Virus record (IMG/VR): IMGVR_UViG_3300020596_000014
Location: 32,001-96,000 of that record
From: a virus
Length of the DNA: 64,000 bases
Strand: one strand, 5' to 3'
Shown here: positions 56,622-64,000 of the stretch, one piece after another
Layout of the letters: each line of letters starts with the position of its first letter
Position numbering within the stretch: position 1 is the stretch's first letter
Position numbers and translations under genes: made by a program
Notes under the pieces: generated by a model
Told to the model about the DNA's origin: nothing
The model's input: the letters and a program-made list of their open reading frames with translations, nothing else
The model's database searches: none

Positions 56622-58532
56622 ATGAAGAATTTCAATAGCTCGCTCCTTTTCGAAGGTATTCGTGAGCGGCACATGGGCACCGAGCGCAAGCGCTTGGTCG
56701 AGAAGTGGATGAAGACCGGTCTGCTCCGCGGCCTCGACGGCCAGCGGCGCGAGGACATGTCGCAGCTCCTGGAGAACCAAGCTGCACAAGTTCTCCGTGA
56801 GTCGAACGCACTGTCCACGGGCGGCGGCGGGCTCACCTCGAGCGGTCAGATTCAAGGCTTCTCGACGATCGCTTTCCCGATCGTTCGTCGCGTGTTCGGT
56901 GGCCTCGTCGCCAACGAGCTCGTTTCGCTTCAGCCGATGAGCCTCCCCGCAGGTCTCATCTTCTATCTCGACTACACCTACGGCTCGAATACCGGCGGTA
57001 ACGCCGGCTTCGGGCTGAGCGACGCAGCGACGCAGTCCACGTACACGCGTGGGCAGTCGATCTACAACAACCCGGTCGGTAGGGGCATTCAGACGGGCTC
57101 TATCGAGTCCGGCGGCATGTATGACCTCGTCGGCAGAGGTTACTCGAAGGTTCACCAGGCTTCGAGCGCGGTCTCGATGAGTAACGACGCGATCGGCGCC
57201 TTCACCGGCGCGTCGAACGCTTGGCAGGTCGGCGGGCGCGTTCAGGCGGTGACTTCGTTCACCGGTTCGAATGCGCGCTTCGCAAACTTCGACCCGCAGG
57301 TTGAAGCTGACCTCTCGCAGAACGTTCTAGACTACCAGTACGTCCACGTCCCCGTCGCCGCGTTTACCACGTCGCTCGCGAACGCGGACATGCTCGCGGT
57401 CGATCAGATCGGCGTGTTCGGCTTCGGCGCTGGTCATGTCGGCGGCGCGGTCGCCTGGGGACAGCAGTACCAGGGCGGCACCGGCGTGCTCAACCTTCGT
57501 CGCGCGACCAAGCGCGGCAACTGGGACGGCGCGGTCTTCACGCCCGCCCCGGTCGGCGGCGACCACATCCAGTTCCTGCTTCGCCTGTCGAACAACGGCT
57601 CTACGGTGTCCGGCTCGGTTGCCGCGAACCTCAGACTGACCTGTTCTGTCCCGATCGTTGATAAGCTCACGGTCGACGGCACCACGGCAGCGACCCTCGT
57701 GCTCCCCACGTTCGAGACCGACTTCTCGGCTTCCGGTTCGCCGGCAATCCCCGAGATCGACATCAAGATCGAGTCCATCGCCATCACCGCTGAGAGTCGC
57801 AAGCTCAAGGCTCGATGGTCGCCGGAGCTCGCTCAGGATCTCAACGCGTACCACTCGATGGACGCCGAAGTTGAGCTCACGAGCATCCTTTCGCAGCAGA
57901 TCGCCCTCGAGATCGACCGCGAAGTCCTCGTCGACCTGCTCACGCAGGCCTCCGGCGCGAACCTCTACTGGAGCCGCGCTCCGGGCAAGTTCGTCAACAA
58001 GCTCACCGGCGACCCGGTGAATCTTGCCTCCAGCCTCTCTATCGGCCCTGCCTTCACCGGCACGGTTCGCGAGTGGTACGAGACTCTCGTCGAGACCGTC
58101 ATCGACGTTGCGAACACCATCCATCGCAAGACCCTTCGAGGCGCTGCAAACTTCATGGTGTGCGGTCCCGACGTCGCAACCATCCTCGAAGCTTCGGCGA
58201 TGTATCGCACGAAGGTCTCCATTGACAGCGATGGCCAGGCCGCGTCGGTCTTCTCCATCGGCTGCGAAGCGGTCGGTTCGCTCAGCAACCGCTTCACGGT
58301 CTACAAGGACCCCTACTTCCCGCGTTCCAAGGTACTTGTTGGTTTCAAGGGTGGCAGCTACCTCGAGACAGGGTACGTGTACGCTCCGTACGTCCCACTG
58401 ATTGTCACTCAGACCATCTACAACCCCGAGGACTTTAGCCCTCGTCGCGGCGTTATGACGCGATATGGGAAGAAAATGGTCCGATCTGACTTTTACGGGA
58501 CAGTGAGCCTTTTGGACATGTCAATTATCTGA
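56622..58532 (+). CDS. major capsid protein (T4 gp23-like)
   Basis: LLENQ, PIVRRV, QPMSLPAGLIFYL, SRKLKARWSPELAQDL.AYH..DAE.ELTSILS..I.LEIDRE, YAPYVPL, GVMTRYG. Confidence 0.96.
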   Translation: MKNFNSSLLFEGIRERHMGTERKRLVEKWMKTGLLRGLDGQRREDMSQLLENQAAQVLRESNALSTGGGGLTSSGQIQGFSTIAFPIVRRVFGGLVANELVSLQPMSLPAGLIFYLDYTYGSNTGGNAGFGLSDAATQSTYTRGQSIYNNPVGRGIQTGSIESGGMYDLVGRGYSKVHQASSAVSMSNDAIGAFTGASNAWQVGGRVQAVTSFTGSNARFANFDPQVEADLSQNVLDYQYVHVPVAAFTTSLANADMLAVDQIGVFGFGAGHVGGAVAWGQQYQGGTGVLNLRRATKRGNWDGAVFTPAPVGGDHIQFLLRLSNNGSTVSGSVAANLRLTCSVPIVDKLTVDGTTAATLVLPTFETDFSASGSPAIPEIDIKIESIAITAESRKLKARWSPELAQDLNAYHSMDAEVELTSILSQQIALEIDREVLVDLLTQASGANLYWSRAPGKFVNKLTGDPVNLASSLSIGPAFTGTVREWYETLVETVIDVANTIHRKTLRGAANFMVCGPDVATILEASAMYRTKVSIDSDGQAASVFSIGCEAVGSLSNRFTVYKDPYFPRSKVLVGFKGGSYLETGYVYAPYVPLIVTQTIYNPEDFSPRRGVMTRYGKKMVRSDFYGTVSLLDMSII

Positions 58533-58556
58533 TAGATCAGGCACTTAGCCACGATT

Positions 58557-58586
58557 CGAGGGCCGCGAAAGCGGCCCTTGTCGTTT
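58557..58586 (+). terminator. intrinsic terminator-like hairpin after MCP
   Basis: cgagggccgc-gaaa-gcggcccttg followed by tcgttt. Confidence 0.7.
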
Positions 58587-58618
58587 AAACTGTACAAGTT
58601 AGGTAAGCATAGATTACT

Positions 58619-59461
58619 ATGGTAGTCATGCTCACCTGTCACGAATGCGCCTTCCAAGCCGAAAACGCCAAAGGTCTCTCATATCACGTTCGAGTGCGTC
58701 ATGATATGGCGTATCCGAACTACCTCGTCAAGCATGATTTGAACGGAATATGGCCAACCTGTAAGTGCGGATGCGGTAAACCAATACGTTTCCTCTGTGG
58801 TAAGTTTTGCGAATACGTGAACGGTCACCAATGGAAAGACAAGCCAAAAACGGTCGTCCACCGTGCTCGTCTTGGTGATGCTCAACGCGGCAGAGTGAAA
58901 ACGCCCGAGTCCAACGCCAAGCGATCCGCCTCGATGCTCGATTACCACTCGAAGCATGACAACGTACGTGACGCGGCCAAGAAGTACTTGTTTGGTTCCA
59001 AACGTTCCGAAGAATCTAAACGTAAGCAAGGCGAGACCCGAAAAGCAATGTTTGCCTCCGGTGACCTTGTCATCAATCGCGAAGCGATCTCCAAGTCCAT
59101 CACCAAACTCTACCTCGAAGGCGGCTTCCAATGGTGCGTCGGGGAGTACACCTCGACAAAAACGGGTGAGGTCATCTTCTACCGTTCATCGTGGGAGCTT
59201 GTGTACGCCGAGTTGCTCGACAACGATCCGACGGTTGTTACATGGGAGTATGAGCCATTCTCCATCGTGTATCGTCACGGCAACAAGATGAAAAACTATC
59301 TCCCCGATTTTCTTGTCACCTACGATGACGGTATCAAGGAGCTAGTCGAAGTGAAACCGAAACAACTTGAAACTTACGGCGTCAACGTGGCCAAACGTGA
59401 TGCAGCTTTGACGATATGTGTCGCAGAAGGCTGGCGTTATGCCGGGTGGAGCAATCAATGA
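58619..59461 (+). CDS. free-standing TnsA-like homing endonuclease with Zn finger and NUMOD3-like repeats
   Basis: CHEC..H...H, CKCGCG, KTPESNAKRS; YRSSWE, YEPF, YLPDF, VEVKP. Confidence 0.82.
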   Translation: MVVMLTCHECAFQAENAKGLSYHVRVRHDMAYPNYLVKHDLNGIWPTCKCGCGKPIRFLCGKFCEYVNGHQWKDKPKTVVHRARLGDAQRGRVKTPESNAKRSASMLDYHSKHDNVRDAAKKYLFGSKRSEESKRKQGETRKAMFASGDLVINREAISKSITKLYLEGGFQWCVGEYTSTKTGEVIFYRSSWELVYAELLDNDPTVVTWEYEPFSIVYRHGNKMKNYLPDFLVTYDDGIKELVEVKPKQLETYGVNVAKRDAALTICVAEGWRYAGWSNQ

Positions 59462-59492
59462 GCGCGAACCTTGTTGAGATCTATTTACAATA

Positions 59493-60113
59493 GTGAGCAT
59501 CTCAAAGCTAAGACAGTGTGTTCGATTTATTTTATGTGAATATGTTGAAGAGGATCCTCGTTCGTACGTGGGTATAAAAGGGAAACCTTACCGTTTCACG
59601 GCTGGCACACCAAAAGCCGATATTCTTGAGCCAGACATTTTTCAAATGATCAGCAAAGCATACGAACCTATAGGTGGGCACGTTCGAATCACTTCGAGAG
59701 CTAACGTGGGTAACGAGTATCCTGAATGGGGGGTGGCTGATATAGACGAAGATCCTGAACCAGACGTCGTCATTGTTGGGAAACACTCTGACGCCGGTGG
59801 TATGAAGATTGGAGCAACAGCCACCGATGGGACGTTGCTTGCCAAGTCGTTCATGAACATTTACAAGAAAGAATTACTGACTAACGGAGGTTGGTGGGGT
59901 GAAGTATCTGGTGCGCCGGCGCACATTGCTATCAATAATTTAGGCATCGCTTATGTCAACGATAAAGCGCATGCGGAAAGGTTATTGAATCAAAAAGTAA
60001 AGTGGCACGGATCTCACCCTGATGGTAAATTCCGTGGTGTAGAAGGGTGGTATTCTCGTAACATCAATGGTCACGAGTATATCAAGATCATCGTGGGGGA
60101 TTTCCCGAATTAG
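59493..60113 (+). CDS. hypothetical protein, candidate internal head protein
   Basis: TATTTA upstream; MSISKLRQCVRFILCE; lower GC than neighbours. Confidence 0.7.
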   Translation: MSISKLRQCVRFILCEYVEEDPRSYVGIKGKPYRFTAGTPKADILEPDIFQMISKAYEPIGGHVRITSRANVGNEYPEWGVADIDEDPEPDVVIVGKHSDAGGMKIGATATDGTLLAKSFMNIYKKELLTNGGWWGEVSGAPAHIAINNLGIAYVNDKAHAERLLNQKVKWHGSHPDGKFRGVEGWYSRNINGHEYIKIIVGDFPN

Positions 60114-60170
60114 GAAGAATGAATCGGGATTGGTTCGGTTCTCATTGAGAATCTGCTAATATCTGAACCC

Positions 60171-61022
60171 ATGGAACGAATTTCAGTTTACTACACACCA
60201 AAGATGGTCGCTGAGTCTGAGTGCTTCTCACCGAGCGCTGCGAAGCCGGCGAAAGTGATCGCGTCTTGGCAGACGCAATTCCCGATTGATATTATCGAGC
60301 CCATGCCTGTCACACGGGCAGAGCTCGCTCGCGCTCATGACCCAACATGGGTGGATAAGATGCTAGCCGGTGAGACGAACAACGGCTTTGGCAATCGCTC
60401 TCTCGCCGTCGCGGAGTCGCTGCCATACACGTCCGGAGCAATGCTTTCGGCCGCACGCGCAGCGATGAAGAACGGCAAGGTCGCCGTGGCCCCATGTTCC
60501 GGCTTCCACCACGCCGAATACGCACATTCGATGGGCTTCTGTACGTTTAACGGGCTTATGGTGACGGCGCTTGCGCTGCGCGCCGACGGCGTCAAGAAGA
60601 TTGGCATTCTCGACCTCGACATGCACTACGGCAACGGCACGGATCAGATCTTGCAAGAGGTGGGCAACTTCGATCATTGGTGTGAGCACTTCACGGCCGG
60701 TCTCACCATTGAGTATCCGTCGCAGGTCAACGAGTTCTTCAATGAGTGGTTGCCGAAGGCTCTCAATGAGCTCGTCAAGTGTGACATCGTGCTCTACCAA
60801 GCCGGCGCTGACCCGCACATCATGGATCCGTACGGTGGTTGGATGGAGACGGACGAAATGCGTCGTCGTGACGCCATCGTGTTCGAGACGCTCGCGGCTC
60901 ACAAAGTGCCTGTCGTCTGGAATCTGGCCGGCGGCTACCAGATGCAGTCGGACGGATCCATCCCGAAAGTGCTCGAGATCCACGACAATACGATGCGAGA
61001 GTGCACCCGAGTGTACGGGTAG
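60171..61022 (+). CDS. Zn-dependent histone deacetylase family protein
   Basis: L.RAH, GFHHA, GFCTFN, DLDMHYGNGT, YQAGADPH..DP.G, AGGY. Confidence 0.92.
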   Translation: MERISVYYTPKMVAESECFSPSAAKPAKVIASWQTQFPIDIIEPMPVTRAELARAHDPTWVDKMLAGETNNGFGNRSLAVAESLPYTSGAMLSAARAAMKNGKVAVAPCSGFHHAEYAHSMGFCTFNGLMVTALALRADGVKKIGILDLDMHYGNGTDQILQEVGNFDHWCEHFTAGLTIEYPSQVNEFFNEWLPKALNELVKCDIVLYQAGADPHIMDPYGGWMETDEMRRRDAIVFETLAAHKVPVVWNLAGGYQMQSDGSIPKVLEIHDNTMRECTRVYG

Positions 61023-61048
61023 AAGTTCAAAGACATTATCTGTAGTTC

Positions 61049-61249
61049 ATGCGTTGTCGCACCTATGTCTTTCGACTAGACGATTTTGAACTCAGTTTCG
61101 GCACTTGCGCACCTGAAAACTACGTGATGTTACACGTTTTCTCAGAGGAGAGTTACATTGGGACGGTTCGTCTCGACGGATCTGTCACGTGCGATTTCAA
61201 GCGACTTAATGAGCTCGACATGATAAAATACTGGGACTGCTTCGAATGA
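61049..61249 (+). CDS. hypothetical protein
   Basis: Short ORF following the deacetylase. Confidence 0.4.
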   Translation: MRCRTYVFRLDDFELSFGTCAPENYVMLHVFSEESYIGTVRLDGSVTCDFKRLNELDMIKYWDCFE

Positions 61250-61356
61250 AGCTTAAGCTCAAGGTGAGATTGCTCATTGAGACCCGCGCAATGAAATTCT
61301 TGTCGAGTCGGTATCGTGTGGATCGAGAATTGCTGTCGAGCTCATGTGTTTGACGG

Positions 61357-62661
61357 TCACACATTATCATGAGTCTTTTCAAGGATCGCGATGAACTGCT
61401 TCGCCACGTTCTCCCACGAGTTGTCTTTGACGTAAGCAAGCTGCGCGCTGACCTGCTTCTCCCACAGCACACAGTCGGAGAATAACATGTCAAGAGTAAC
61501 GGCTATCGCAATTGGCGTGTCAGCCTTGAGCGTGGGCACGTCTGAGAAGTGGTTCACACTGGTCGTCACGACCGGCACCGGCTTCGACATCGCAGTCCTC
61601 GCCGCGCCTGAGGCTCCAAACACCTCGTGTTGTGGATGAGAGACATATGGGAAGACGACGGCACGGTTCGTGCGCATGAAGCTGTCGAGCGACTCGTCGG
61701 ATTGAAAACCGCGAATGATAGCGATGTTATCTTCGACGTCGAGTTCCTTGACAAGCTTCATCAGGTCACCGTGATAAGATTCGTGTTCGGCCGCGCAGAA
61801 CGGAGACTCTGAAAAGAGACCGGTAAAGAACACATCGGGGTATTTCTTCTTGAGCTCGGCGACCGCGCGAATAGAGTTCTCCCATCCCTTGTAACGGAAC
61901 CCAAAGCCGAACTGCATGAACGTGTGTTCGGAACGGTAGACATTCCACAGTCTGTTCTTGTCAACACAGGGATCACAGCCGTGTGGGATGACATGAACGA
62001 TGCCAGGCACATGCTTGATGTTTTCGAGCACGTCTCGCGCGCCTTCAAGGTGGACGACGATCTCAGGGATCGCAGCTTCGTTGACGAGTTTGTCCATGTG
62101 TTTGTAGACCGAATGCAACGTGACGATGACACGCACATTCGACAGCTGACTCATGAGAGCCAGCCAATGTCTCGCGTTCGGCCAGATGCCGTACTCGTGC
62201 TGGATCCACACAACATCAGGCTGCCACTCACGAAGCTCGTTAACGAGGCTAACGAGCGACTGCCCACGCTCCCAACATTCAACGACACGCCCAGTATCAA
62301 ACTCAACGTCGTTCATGACGTTGAGAGGACCAGTGGGCTTCGCGTTATGCTCAGCAAAGATCTTCCAGTCTCCAACTTTACCGACGATATGAGACCACAG
62401 CTTCTCGGAGTAGGTTGAGATCCCGCAACGCATCTTCCAGTTGCCGACTAGAGCCACTCGAGTCTCGTTCGCTGACTTGCCTGAGCGATCACGCTTGATG
62501 AACTTATCATCGACGTACGTGTACCCGCTCATAAGAGCGTGAGCATGCAGCGACTCCAACTCCTTGGGGAGTTCGACGACTTTTCCTTCGCGTGTCGACA
62601 GCGTGGAACTGTCTGACACAACTCGGATCTGTCCACCACATATCACAACACACTTGCCCAT
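61357..62661 (-). CDS. glycosyltransferase, GT-B fold (GT4-like)
   Basis: CGISTYS, PDVVWIQHEYGI, VTLH, VIPHG, FGF..RYKG, VFPY..GASGA. Confidence 0.87.
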   Translation of the reverse strand: MGKCVVICGGQIRVVSDSSTLSTREGKVVELPKELESLHAHALMSGYTYVDDKFIKRDRSGKSANETRVALVGNWKMRCGISTYSEKLWSHIVGKVGDWKIFAEHNAKPTGPLNVMNDVEFDTGRVVECWERGQSLVSLVNELREWQPDVVWIQHEYGIWPNARHWLALMSQLSNVRVIVTLHSVYKHMDKLVNEAAIPEIVVHLEGARDVLENIKHVPGIVHVIPHGCDPCVDKNRLWNVYRSEHTFMQFGFGFRYKGWENSIRAVAELKKKYPDVFFTGLFSESPFCAAEHESYHGDLMKLVKELDVEDNIAIIRGFQSDESLDSFMRTNRAVVFPYVSHPQHEVFGASGAARTAMSKPVPVVTTSVNHFSDVPTLKADTPIAIAVTLDMLFSDCVLWEKQVSAQLAYVKDNSWENVAKQFIAILEKTHDNV

Positions 62662-62682
62662 GCATCTAAGAATGAGACGCGA

Positions 62683-63696
62683 TCATTCGTCGAGAGCAAT
62701 ATTGACGGCGTCGCGAACAATAATAAACAAGCCTGGATCCGTTGAATTTACAGGCACCTGAGCGTTCTTGATACCATCCAACAACAGATCCTTCTGCACT
62801 CCGTAGTACGGCACTTTCGTTGCTACGTCAGAGCCCAACTGCTTGAGTTTGTCGTGATGATGGATGATGACGCAGGGCGTTCCGGTCAACTGTGCGATGA
62901 CAGCACCATGAAACCTTTGAGTGAGCACGACAGATGCGTCAGCGAATATCTTAGAGATTGAGTCGAAGGATCCATCACCGATCCACTCCGGCGTCAGACA
63001 ACGGATCTTGGCTCGTCTCTCGCAGTTCGCCGTGATCTCAGCGCAAGCCCAGACATCACGTACAGCTGCGTCGTCACAGAACGGAGCCATGCTCACCGAC
63101 CAGCCATCACTGACGAGCGCGTCGATCGCTTGACACACTTCGCTCTTGAAGTACTCCCAGGCAGGTCGCTTGTAGCTCGGAGCCGAGCGATGCGGAAGCA
63201 CCTCGGAGTTCGGCACAAAAAGCAGTTTCTTTGCGCTCATTGGCATCTGATTGGTCACGCCGCTGAGACAGAGCGACAGATCCGGAAGCATGACAGCGTG
63301 CGGCGCTGCGGCCAAGAAGGCGGCCGATGGAGTCTTTGATCTAGTGAATGCCGCGATCGAACGCGAGAGTAAAGCGGCATGCTCGATATGAATGTCCGTC
63401 TCAGAACCGACTCCAACGTACACCACCGGCTTCATTGTAAGAGCGGTTTTGGCTTCAGTATCGCCGTGAAGCGGAGCGTACAGGAACGATCCACCGCCGA
63501 TCAGAATTACGTCTGCATCACGAACGTCGCTTACTTTAAAACGATCAACGAACTTGATATTGTGACCAACCAGAATATGTCGAAGTGCAGCTGCCATCAG
63601 CTCGTCGCCGACGTTTCGGTGCGCATACCATCCATACACTAAAATTCGTTTTCCCATATTGTGACCAGAAGTATCGTGTGACAATATCTTCGGCAC
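62683..63696 (-). CDS. polysaccharide pyruvyl transferase family protein
   Basis: GWY.HRNVGDELM, LIGGGS, GVG, PDL, TQRFHG. Confidence 0.85.
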   Translation of the reverse strand: MPKILSHDTSGHNMGKRILVYGWYAHRNVGDELMAAALRHILVGHNIKFVDRFKVSDVRDADVILIGGGSFLYAPLHGDTEAKTALTMKPVVYVGVGSETDIHIEHAALLSRSIAAFTRSKTPSAAFLAAAPHAVMLPDLSLCLSGVTNQMPMSAKKLLFVPNSEVLPHRSAPSYKRPAWEYFKSEVCQAIDALVSDGWSVSMAPFCDDAAVRDVWACAEITANCERRAKIRCLTPEWIGDGSFDSISKIFADASVVLTQRFHGAVIAQLTGTPCVIIHHHDKLKQLGSDVATKVPYYGVQKDLLLDGIKNAQVPVNSTDPGLFIIVRDAVNIALDE

Positions 63697-63722
63697 AACT
63701 AACCTAATTTTAGCTGCCTATA

Positions 63723-64000
63723 TCACCGACGGCAGACGGCCCAGAGAATCTTGCGCGGCCGCTGAACATCCCACACGATTTTGAGAGCGTATGTGTGCTT
63801 GGTGACTCTAACAATCATCCAATCAAGCTCATCCGGAAGGCCACCGCCACAGGGAGGAAGGACGCAGTTCTCGTCGTCTTCGAACGTCACGCTAAGCACG
63901 CTGCGATTGCGGCCAATGTCAATCACGACCTCGCCGGATCCGACCACGTCAAGCTCTCCGAAGAACATGTCGTGACCGAGCACGCCAAGGAAGCGAAGGA
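63723..64000 (-). CDS. hypothetical protein (5' end probably outside the window)
   Basis: Frame of the 86-aa ORF stays open to the window edge. Confidence 0.5.
   Translation of the reverse strand, partial: LRFLGVLGHDMFFGELDVVGSGEVVIDIGRNRSVLSVTFEDDENCVLPPCGGGLPDELDWMIVRVTKHTYALKIVWDVQRPRKILWAVCRR

Noticed and set aside
57327-58124. Long antisense and alternate-frame ORFs over MCP, scaffold, terminase, SbcC and others
   Set aside because: These are shadow ORFs expected from strong codon bias in GC-rich genes and have no recognisable motifs.
1-64000. Bacterial chromosome or eukaryotic giant virus origin suggested by rml, clpP, def and HDAC genes
   Set aside because: A T4-type terminase/portal/protease/gp23 set, dense ATGA/GTGA-coupled genes and homing endonucleases indicate a large tailed phage. 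No integrase or host housekeeping synteny is visible.
1-64000. Stop-codon recoding as in some large phages
   Set aside because: Core genes are full length under code 11, and TAG, TGA and TAA all end genes at sensible positions. The in-frame TAG near 33355 is in a frameshifted pseudogene.
1-64000. tRNA/rRNA genes (GGTTCGA hits near 9230 and 34186)
   Set aside because: The hits lie inside CDSs without cloverleaf context. A tRNAscan-SE run was not possible.

Overview
This window is part of the genome of a large tailed dsDNA phage (Caudoviricetes) with a divergent T4-type head module: terminase large subunit, portal carrying an intein, prohead protease, scaffold and a gp23-type major capsid protein. 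It also holds tail/baseplate/fibre-like genes, primase, a RuvC-like resolvase and a split SbcD(Mre11)-SbcC(Rad50). Host-like genes include ClpP, PIN-PhoH, peptide deformylase, an HDAC-family deacetylase, an Hc1-like protein and a degenerate GroEL. Two minus-strand glycan clusters sit at the ends of the window (RmlA, RmlD-like, Gfo/Idh/MocA oxidoreductase, PhyH-type dioxygenase, methyltransferase, several glycosyltransferases, pyruvyl-transferase-like). Three intact and four decayed homing-type endonucleases are present. The main leads are: (1) a candidate virion glycosylation system, with an [S/T]-G-S motif enriched in a subset of structural proteins; (2) a shared N-terminal helix ending in [L/I/V]xE on unrelated late proteins, a possible capsid-targeting signal; (3) a Pro-initiated atypical mini-intein in the portal; (4) an Mre11 nuclease domain split over two genes by an endonuclease; (5) a GroEL homologue lacking its ATP-binding motif; (6) a TANNTA motif just upstream of late genes. 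All calls come from motif recognition by eye; no searches were run and counts are manual.
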